IMG/VR virus record: IMGVR_UViG_3300017774_000595
Coordinates: 1-32,590 of that record
Direction: 5' to 3' (one strand)
From: a virus
Lineage: Duplodnaviria > Caudoviricetes
DNA: 32,590 bases
The notes beneath the pieces were generated by a model. The model was not told where the DNA came from. It did no database searches and saw only the letters and a list, made by a program, of their open reading frames with translations. Made by a program: the position numbers and the translations under genes. Below are positions 18,014 to 24,510 of the stretch, one piece after another; position 1 is the stretch's first letter; each line of letters starts with the position of its first letter.

Positions 18014-19093
18014 TCACGAATCAGCCGTACCAGTGATGATGCCAGCGCACTCGGGGCGCAGGATGCCGTGACCCATGGCGTACTTGGCGACCATCATGTG
18101 GCCCTGAAGGCGGATGTCGTACTCCGACTCCATCGACAGGTCCATCAACTTGACGGTACCAACAGCCATCTTCTGGAAGCAAGCGGCCACCACGCGGGTG
18201 AAGTTTGCACCGTAAGCGGTACCGTTGTTCACGCCAGTGACGGTGGTCGAAACATCCTGACCGTACACTGAAGCGGCGTTGTTGCTGCGAATGATCTTGA
18301 AACCAGCGATCTGGAGCAGGCGAGCATCGGCATACGAACCGTTGCTTTCGTTTCCGTAATCGCGGTTGACGAGTGCCAGACCGTCAGCGGAGTTGATGAG
18401 ACGGTAGTAGGTGGTAGGAGTAACCACGCAGTACCGCTCCTCAGACGGGACGTTCTTGGTGTCGAACGCAGCAGCCATGTCATACAACTGGTCAACCAGT
18501 TCATCGATGCCAGCCGCCGGAACAGCGCCAGCGCCACCGTTGTAGGCAGCGTTGGTGAGCAGGGTACCAGCACCGGTGCCCGTCAGGGTCTCAGTACGAG
18601 CCGTGGGAACAGTGCTAGCGAACGTGGCTGCGGCCAAGCATGCAAGACCAATCAGGTTCTTATCGAACTGCTTGGCAAGTGCACGGCCGAGTTCCTGCGA
18701 GTAGATGGAACGCACATCGTAGTGGTTCTTCGCCTCGTCCAACTTGTCGATGAACGTGGTCGCAAGCAGAAGGTCATCGATGTTGATGGTCTTCTCAGCG
18801 TGCTTGAAAGCCGTGACATAAGTCGCGCTGTCGTGACCGTTGTCCACGAGAACGTCAGTGCCGGGCTTATGGTACTTAGCCGAGGCAATGCCGGTAACGG
18901 GGAACTGAGCAGTCTTACCGCTCGTGATCGTTCGGAGCATGTGCAGCGGCTTCATAACCGCAGCAGTTTCAAACGTCTGAAGAACTTCACCAGCGAACAC
19001 CTTAAGAAAAAGATCGTTCTGCGTGGCAAACGTGGTGCTGAAGGTACCAGAGCCATTGCTCTGGCCCATGAAAGAAACCTTACCTACGGGCAT
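18014..19093 (-). CDS. Major capsid protein (T7 gp10-like)
   Basis: From ATG 19093 (SD AAGGA): LFLKVFAGEVL, RTITSGKTAQFP, HYDVRSIYSQELGRALA, KYAMGHGILRPECA. Confidence 0.97.
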   Translation of the reverse strand: MPVGKVSFMGQSNGSGTFSTTFATQNDLFLKVFAGEVLQTFETAAVMKPLHMLRTITSGKTAQFPVTGIASAKYHKPGTDVLVDNGHDSATYVTAFKHAEKTINIDDLLLATTFIDKLDEAKNHYDVRSIYSQELGRALAKQFDKNLIGLACLAAATFASTVPTARTETLTGTGAGTLLTNAAYNGGAGAVPAAGIDELVDQLYDMAAAFDTKNVPSEERYCVVTPTTYYRLINSADGLALVNRDYGNESNGSYADARLLQIAGFKIIRSNNAASVYGQDVSTTVTGVNNGTAYGANFTRVVAACFQKMAVGTVKLMDLSMESEYDIRLQGHMMVAKYAMGHGILRPECAGIITGTADS

Positions 19094-19133
19094 TGTTGAG
19101 TATCCTTGTGTGAGAAAGCGGGAAGAAAAGAGG

Positions 19134-19198
19134 ACAACCGCTGACCGTGCAACACGGTTTAGATGCCGCAGCATCACCGTAGCGTGGTCTTAGGTTGT
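19134..19198 (-). promoter_or_regulatory. Structured RNA element in the capsid 5' leader
   Basis: Nested complementary segments ACAACC/GGTTGT, GACC/GGTC, ACGGT/ACCGT and GATGC-TGCG-GCATC. Confidence 0.6.
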
Positions 19199-19461
19199 TA
19201 GTTGGGCTTGCTTTGGGCCCCTCCCTCAGGAGGGACATATCCGGCATACCAGCCCTCAGGCATCCGGACTTCGTTTTTGGAAAGTTCCCATTCGGAACCG
19301 TTCCAGAAATAGACATGACCCCGGACATCGGGGCCAAGTCTGATTAGATCATGGTCGGTTGGGTGGACGAACACCACTCGTGTGCCTCCGCACCCGGCGA
19401 GCAAAACGCTCATAAAGATTGCCGGGAGGCTTTTTGGCATCCGTCGATAGTGACGGTTCAT
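19198..19461 (-). CDS. Lipoprotein; o-spanin (Rz1-like) candidate
   Basis: Basic n-region, hydrophobic h-region and lipobox LLAG|C at Cys24; overlaps the upstream gene in another frame. Confidence 0.7.
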   Translation of the reverse strand: MNRHYRRMPKSLPAIFMSVLLAGCGGTRVVFVHPTDHDLIRLGPDVRGHVYFWNGSEWELSKNEVRMPEGWYAGYVPPEGGAQSKPN

Positions 19462-19534
19462 TGGCGCGTCTCCATACCAAACCGACCAATTCTTGTAACA
19501 CGGCCTGTAGAGCCGCGACGATGGCCGCCCACAT
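19349..19534 (-). CDS. Small membrane-anchored protein; i-spanin (Rz-like) candidate
   Basis: Hydrophobic/amphipathic N-terminus MWAAIVAALQAVLQELVGLVW. The start is coupled to the upstream stop (TAATG). Confidence 0.5.
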   Translation of the reverse strand: MWAAIVAALQAVLQELVGLVWRRANEPSLSTDAKKPPGNLYERFARRVRRHTSGVRPPNRP

Positions 19535-19731
19535 TAGGCGGGACTCTTATCAGCATCCTTGGCGAGGATCAGGCCGATACCGGCAGTGATCGCCGCGACA
19601 ACGGAGCCAATGTCGAAATTGGTGAGCGGATCGCCATCAAACAGCGTCACGAGAGCGGAAGAAATCGCCGTGACGATGGTGGCAATGCCGAGGATCGTGG
19701 TCTTGATGTTGGGCTTCTTGATGAGTTCCAT
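19534..19731 (-). CDS. Holin-like protein (two transmembrane segments)
   Basis: 65 aa: KTTILGIATIVTAISSALVTLF, then IGSVVAAITAGIGLILAKD and a charged tail; SD GAGG. Confidence 0.7.
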   Translation of the reverse strand: MELIKKPNIKTTILGIATIVTAISSALVTLFDGDPLTNFDIGSVVAAITAGIGLILAKDADKSPA

Positions 19732-19740
19732 AGAGTAACC

Positions 19741-20457
19741 TCAAAGGACGGTTGAATTTCCGATCTTTCGCTCAACCTCGGCACGATAAGCCGGGTCGGT
19801 GCTGTAACGCTTGTCGCTCATGGCAGCAACCACCTGAGCAACGCTGTCATATCCACCCGGAGCGGTCTTTCCACCCTGCACGAAGCGGGGTTCGGCTGCG
19901 CCGGAGGCCGCCTTGTAGCGAGCCTGAAGGCCCTTTACGGCGAACATGGCCGAGTCCAGATCACCGGACTCGACAGCCCGATTATAGGCCTCAATCTCGT
20001 TCTGCTTCATGTTCTTACCGGCCCACTGAGTCATGGCCGTGTACTCGTCCTTGCCACCGATCTCGGAGAGGATCTGAGTCTCCTCGATGGACATTCGGGC
20101 CTTCTGACCCTCAATGAACTGGTCCACGACCGAGCGTGGGTAGCCCATCTTGGAAAGTTCCTTGTAACTGTCCGGGCTAAGAGAACCAGTCTCAAAGAAC
20201 TCGGACGAGAACTTGCCCAACTTCTCGTCAACAGCGACCTCTTCAGCCGACATCGGCTGCTCTTCGGTCTTGTTCTGCTGCGAACTCTGAAGTTCGGAGT
20301 ATGCCTTGGCAAGGTCCTCCGGGGAGTCAAATCCCTCGGGAAGCCATGCGGGGCGTTCCGCGGTTTCCTGCGTCTTCTGCGTGGGCTCTGCTCCGGGCAT
20401 TTCCTGCCCCGGAGCCATTGATCCCGTAATTTCTGGATTGATTGAAATCTGTTCCAT
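19741..20457 (-). CDS. Capsid assembly scaffolding protein (T7 gp9-like)
   Basis: ERPAWLPEGFDSPEDLAKAYSEL, IGGKDEYTAMTQWA, AMSDKRYSTDPAYRAEVERK; acidic composition. Confidence 0.95.
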   Translation of the reverse strand: MEQISINPEITGSMAPGQEMPGAEPTQKTQETAERPAWLPEGFDSPEDLAKAYSELQSSQQNKTEEQPMSAEEVAVDEKLGKFSSEFFETGSLSPDSYKELSKMGYPRSVVDQFIEGQKARMSIEETQILSEIGGKDEYTAMTQWAGKNMKQNEIEAYNRAVESGDLDSAMFAVKGLQARYKAASGAAEPRFVQGGKTAPGGYDSVAQVVAAMSDKRYSTDPAYRAEVERKIGNSTVL

Positions 20458-20472
20458 TTGTTCTAGACCTCC

Positions 20473-22104
20473 TTATTGTCCAAGTTGTCCCATCATACCA
20501 GCGGCTGCCTGTGGTGACATGGCCTGTCCCAAAGATTGTGCGCCAGCGGCGGGGCCCGGCATTTCAAAGGTTCCGGTCGAAAGACCCTTACCCAACTGCG
20601 TCACAGCGGCTGGTCCCAACTTGTCCATCATCTGCATCTGCATGGCCTGATTCTGGTCGGCAGCCATGCTCTCCTCGTCCTTGATAAGGCCCTTAGGGTC
20701 AAGCCCAAGGCTGGCCGCACGGCGGGACAGGTACTCGGAGATGTTGATGTACTGCCCAACGGCCTGAGGACCAAAGGTCTGCTGAATACCGGTCAGGAAC
20801 GCATCCAACTTGGCAAGATCGTTACCGCGGCCAAGGGCGTCGATTCCGGTAATGACCACCGGCTTGACGAATTCCTTGGGAACCTTGGGCAACTTCTTCT
20901 TGCGCTGCATGACATCCATGAGGCGTGCCACGAGAGGCAACTGGAACTCTTGGCTGAGGATGGAGTAGATTCCACCCAACTGGCGCTCGACGGCAGCGGT
21001 GGTCAGACGGACCTCTTCCGCGGTAACACGCTCAGCATTCCGAATCGTAGACTCCGCGAGCAGGAATGCGTAACTGAGGCGTTCACGGATCGCACCAATA
21101 GTTTGCAATGCAATGGAGAAATCCGCTTGCTTTTGAACTTGTAGCACTGAAACATCGGTGGCCATCCCTTCTCGGATTGCTCCGTTCGGGCTGCGAGAGA
21201 GGGTTTCGGGATCGGTCAGACCGTTCGGATTGACCAAGAACAGCACCTTGGCGGCTGCCGCAGATCCCTCAACGATGGCCTGCATCAGGGACTCAAGGCT
21301 CTTCAGGTCTCCGAGGTATTCCTCGACATATCCGCGGCCGTAACTTTCGCCATCGACCCGGTTCATTCGAAGGGCAAACCAAGGCAGGCTTGAGGAGTTA
21401 TAGGACCCACGGCTTCCGGGGATCTCAATATTCTTGATCTCCTGCCAAGCGTCGAACTTGTCCGCGCTATTGCGACAAACAATCGTGTACAGGTCACAGG
21501 TGCTGTCCATCGAGTTGGAGTTGAACCCATCCCCGTACTCAGACATGACGATTGCTTTGGCATCTTCAGGAAGGGCTGCCGGGGCAACCGTTTCCTTGAC
21601 CACAATGTGCAGAAGGCGTCCCATGGGGTCACGCTTGATCACATACTGGTCGAGGTGGAAGACCCGAAGGCCATCATCGGACAGGTACATCAGGGCGTTT
21701 CCGCCCACGATCAGGTGCTTTAGGGCTTCGAACAGACCAGAGCGCATGGCAATGGTCTCGATCTCCTGCATCACCGCCCGCTCGATTGAACTGAGCGTCT
21801 GGTCGATCTCAGTCCGATATTCACTGGCATTTCCGATGGCCCGGACCGCTTCCTCATCGAGGACCAGCCGGAAGAAGGGCTGATTCGGGGGAAGAAGGCT
21901 CATCAAGAGCGATGCCGAAAGGTGGTTCACGCCACGAGCCCCAAGACCCTGAAAGGTCGTGGGGAAGATTGTGGCGTGGCTGTGCCCCTGCGGGGGGATC
22001 AGCATCGGAAGAGTCAAAGACGAACAGTCCCGCGCCCGCCGCAGGAACGAGTCCCTGTCGGATTCTAGCCGACTGTACAGACTGGCTGCCGTTCCTGTGT
22101 ACAT
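20473..22104 (-). CDS. Portal / head-tail connector (T7 gp8-like)
   Basis: FQGLGARGVNHL, GESYGRGYVEEYLGDL, RNAERVTAEEVR and LGGIYSILSQEFQLP. Confidence 0.97.
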   Translation of the reverse strand: MYTGTAASLYSRLESDRDSFLRRARDCSSLTLPMLIPPQGHSHATIFPTTFQGLGARGVNHLSASLLMSLLPPNQPFFRLVLDEEAVRAIGNASEYRTEIDQTLSSIERAVMQEIETIAMRSGLFEALKHLIVGGNALMYLSDDGLRVFHLDQYVIKRDPMGRLLHIVVKETVAPAALPEDAKAIVMSEYGDGFNSNSMDSTCDLYTIVCRNSADKFDAWQEIKNIEIPGSRGSYNSSSLPWFALRMNRVDGESYGRGYVEEYLGDLKSLESLMQAIVEGSAAAAKVLFLVNPNGLTDPETLSRSPNGAIREGMATDVSVLQVQKQADFSIALQTIGAIRERLSYAFLLAESTIRNAERVTAEEVRLTTAAVERQLGGIYSILSQEFQLPLVARLMDVMQRKKKLPKVPKEFVKPVVITGIDALGRGNDLAKLDAFLTGIQQTFGPQAVGQYINISEYLSRRAASLGLDPKGLIKDEESMAADQNQAMQMQMMDKLGPAAVTQLGKGLSTGTFEMPGPAAGAQSLGQAMSPQAAAGMMGQLGQ

Positions 22105-22112
22105 TTTTTACC

Positions 22113-22304
22113 TCAGTACGAGATGCCGGTGGCCTGCATCGACGGAATCCTGAGCATGGACTTGCCACGGCGCTGTGCCATGGAAGCATCTACTTCACTT
22201 CCACCACCAGAAATTCCCGACTGAACCCTCATTGCAGAGGGGTTTGCCGGGGGCGGGGGCGGCGGGGGAGGGCCCATCTTAGGCATCTTAGGAGCCTTGC
22301 ACAT
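22113..22304 (-). CDS. Small virion assembly protein (T7 gp6.7/7.3-like position)
   Basis: MCKAPKMPKMGPPPPPPPPA...RRGKSMLRI, directly upstream of the portal gene. Confidence 0.75.
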   Translation of the reverse strand: MCKAPKMPKMGPPPPPPPPANPSAMRVQSGISGGGSEVDASMAQRRGKSMLRIPSMQATGISY

Positions 22305-22497
22305 TATCAAACCTGCTTTCTACTTGCTTGTCTCGGGTATGTTTGAGAAAGTTCACCACGCTGCGCTGGCCCGCTTGGAACCAGATTTCCCTGTCGCTTA
22401 TCGTGATGTCCGGACAACGGTCAGGAAACCTCTGATTCAACGATTCCACAAGATCGGGATCGATCGGTGGAAGGGGTCTGTTTACAGGGTGTTCCAT
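22288..22497 (-). CDS. Small podovirus protein (gp6.5-like position)
   Basis: PPIDPDLVESLNQRFPDRCP...EIWFQAGQRSVVNFL; synteny. Confidence 0.75.
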   Translation of the reverse strand: MEHPVNRPLPPIDPDLVESLNQRFPDRCPDITISDREIWFQAGQRSVVNFLKHTRDKQVESRFDNVQGS

Positions 22498-22522
22498 AGA
22501 GTAAACGAAAGAGATCGCCTAG

Positions 22523-22771
22523 TTAGTCGAATTCGGAAGAGAAAGTCTCAAGAATCTGAGCATTTGAAGCCTTTTCAAGAGCAATTCTCAACTTCTTGAG
22601 GGCGCGTTGGTTGATGTTCTCGGCCAACTTGGCGTTCATTGGCTCGCCAGTCTTTTCGGTATACAGGCTGGCCACTTCGCCCCAAGGACGAAGGCCGTCA
22701 GAAGGCTTTCGCTTTTCGACTTGAGCCTTGTTTGAATACTGGCTGTGTTCTGAGGGGATTCCGGCTTTCAT
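22523..22771 (-). CDS. Sigma-70 region 4-like helix-turn-helix protein
   Basis: RPWGEVASLY...NAKLAENINQRALKKLR resembles sigma 4.2 (TLEEVG...RERIRQIEAKALRKLR). ATGA overlap with the upstream stop. Confidence 0.6.
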   Translation of the reverse strand: MKAGIPSEHSQYSNKAQVEKRKPSDGLRPWGEVASLYTEKTGEPMNAKLAENINQRALKKLRIALEKASNAQILETFSSEFD

Positions 22772-23172
22772 GCTTCGTTTCCTTCAAATCGGCGGTTTGG
22801 GTTGAAGTTGGGAAGATCGTAAAGTTCGGGTGGCAGCATACCAACCTCGATCATGTGCTGTGTGTGCATCAGTGCTGCGATGTTCCAACGGGCAGCCGCA
22901 AGGTGGTCCTCGTCGGAGTGTCCCATCATGAACTTATTGAGATGCCTGACAGCCGAGTCATAGTATCGGGAAAGCGGCTGCCCCTTCTCCCAATTCCGGT
23001 CCCCGTACTTTCGGGCACCGTTCTCAAGGTGTCGGGCATCCCGCTCAAGAACGAACGGGCTCATCAGGTCAAACCGTCCCTTCCCGTGGCGGATGTCCCG
23101 GCGGGAACCCGTGCTGAACTCCTCACGATTACCGGAATCCTTGACTTCTTCAAAGTTGACGGCAAATTTCAT
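22768..23172 (-). CDS. dATP/dGTP diphosphohydrolase domain protein (DUF5664-like)
   Basis: FSTGSRRD..GKGRFDL, GARKYGDRNWEKG, DSAVRHL, EDHLAAARWN. ATG 23172 overlaps the exonuclease stop (ATGA). Confidence 0.85.
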   Translation of the reverse strand: MKFAVNFEEVKDSGNREEFSTGSRRDIRHGKGRFDLMSPFVLERDARHLENGARKYGDRNWEKGQPLSRYYDSAVRHLNKFMMGHSDEDHLAAARWNIAALMHTQHMIEVGMLPPELYDLPNFNPNRRFEGNEA

Positions 23173-23921
23173 GGTGTCCACAGTTTCACCTCGCAGGTCA
23201 TCTTGTTGTACTCGCCGTGCCGCAGGATACGGGCCACACGGGCCTGCACCAAGGCGTGCTCCTCGGTCAGGCCCGCCTTTTCGTAGCATCCTACCACGGA
23301 TGCCCAAGTGGGGGTAGTCCCGAGAACGGTCTCGGCCTTCACTGGTCCAATTCCCGGGCAGCCCTTGTAGTTGTCTGTCTGATCCCCCACAAGGGTCTGG
23401 TACAGATGGAATCGATCAGCGGAGGGCTTGTCCACCGTGAAGAATTCCTGATTGCGGGGATTGTAGTGGCGGCCGGGAATGGACTTGAAGTCCTTGTCCT
23501 GAGAAACCATGATGTAATCGTGGTCCGCACCGGGACTGGTAGCGATCAGTCCAATCACATCGTCAGCCTCAAGAAGGCCGTAGGCGCGGTGGTCGTAGGT
23601 TTCCTCTGCGTACTTCTTCAGTGCGTGATAGCAAAGGGGCTTGCGGTTTCCGGCGCGGTTGGCTTTGTAATCGGACAGGACCCGAAACCGCCAGTTGTTC
23701 GGACTGCTGAAGCACAGGATGCAGTCCTTGACTCCGGTGGCCTCCTTGATGTCCATGATGGAGACATCGAGCACCATCTTGCCCTCGCGGGCATCGGAGT
23801 GCAGGGTCCACCAATCGTTGCCCCAATCAATCTCCTGCTCAACCGTACAGGCCGATTGATACAGAACGATGTCGGCATCGATCAGGGCAACCGTCTTCCG
23901 GGTGGATTTCTTGTTTGCCAT
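23169..23921 (-). CDS. 5'-3' exonuclease (T7 gp6-like)
   Basis: LIDADI, YKANR, LEADDVIG, SQDKDFKSIPG, GDQTDNYKGCPGIG and ARVARILR. Confidence 0.95.
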   Translation of the reverse strand: MANKKSTRKTVALIDADIVLYQSACTVEQEIDWGNDWWTLHSDAREGKMVLDVSIMDIKEATGVKDCILCFSSPNNWRFRVLSDYKANRAGNRKPLCYHALKKYAEETYDHRAYGLLEADDVIGLIATSPGADHDYIMVSQDKDFKSIPGRHYNPRNQEFFTVDKPSADRFHLYQTLVGDQTDNYKGCPGIGPVKAETVLGTTPTWASVVGCYEKAGLTEEHALVQARVARILRHGEYNKMTCEVKLWTP

Positions 23922-24134
23922 TTAGTCCTCGATTCCGCCGTTGTGGATTAGCATCTTCGCTGTCTCAGCCAGCCCGATGCAGGAGTGGAATGGTCCGACT
24001 GTGCAGAAGGTCAGGTCCTGCGCGCTGCGGTTCTTGGTCTGGCATCCGACAAAGACCAGAGAATCGAAGCGGCGGGACAGGATCTTCATCATCTCGTCCG
24101 TGGTGGGTTCTTCTTCTCGTTCATGACGGTCCAT
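23922..24134 (-). CDS. Hypothetical protein (70 aa)
   Basis: Fills the gap between the LAGLIDADG ORF and the exonuclease, with tight junctions on both sides. Confidence 0.65.
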   Translation of the reverse strand: MDRHEREEEPTTDEMMKILSRRFDSLVFVGCQTKNRSAQDLTFCTVGPFHSCIGLAETAKMLIHNGGIED

Positions 24135-24510
24135 ATTCGATCCTTTTGGCCTTGGCCAGTTCTTCGATTGCCCGAGTTCTCGTAAGAGAATTCTTGGGCA
24201 TGTCCTTGATGCTGAGCATTATATCGGCCTGATAAGCCTTTTCAAACAGGTAAGGCCGAATGGCGATAATAAACGCGCGGGCGTCCTTGCCCGACAAGTC
24301 CAGCCTCCATGCCGTCCGCGTGTTTGGACGGGTGTTCACAATTTTCCTGACCCTGCCCATGTCGAAGTATCCGCTGATACGACGAAGATGGTGGGGGTAG
24401 CAACTAGTAATGTGAACGATCTCGGTATCTCGGTAACGAATGCACCCTTCGCCATCAAACAGACCGGCGGTATACGCAAGAACGGTTTTTGTCAGTGTGT
24501 TTCTGCCCAC
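24121..24510 (-). CDS. Single-motif LAGLIDADG homing-endonuclease-like protein
   Basis: LAYTAGLFDGEGCI motif, then AWRLDLSGKDARAFIIAIRPYLFEK. The start is uncertain: GTG 24510, ATG 24633, or entry by frameshift from the polymerase. Confidence 0.85.
   Translation of the reverse strand: MGRNTLTKTVLAYTAGLFDGEGCIRYRDTEIVHITSCYPHHLRRISGYFDMGRVRKIVNTRPNTRTAWRLDLSGKDARAFIIAIRPYLFEKAYQADIMLSIKDMPKNSLTRTRAIEELAKAKRIEYGPS

Noticed and set aside
17928-18060. T7 gp10B-like capsid frameshift extension
   Set aside because: No slippery sequence is visible near the capsid stop.
19094-19177. N-terminal extension of the capsid ORF, and similar extensions for tail tube A, terminase small subunit, polymerase, SSB and the diphosphohydrolase
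   Set aside because: Downstream starts have better SD sequences or stop-start coupling and match the expected family N-termini.
22245-22275. G-rich run as a G-quadruplex element
   Set aside because: Fully explained by the poly-proline codons of the small virion protein on the minus strand.
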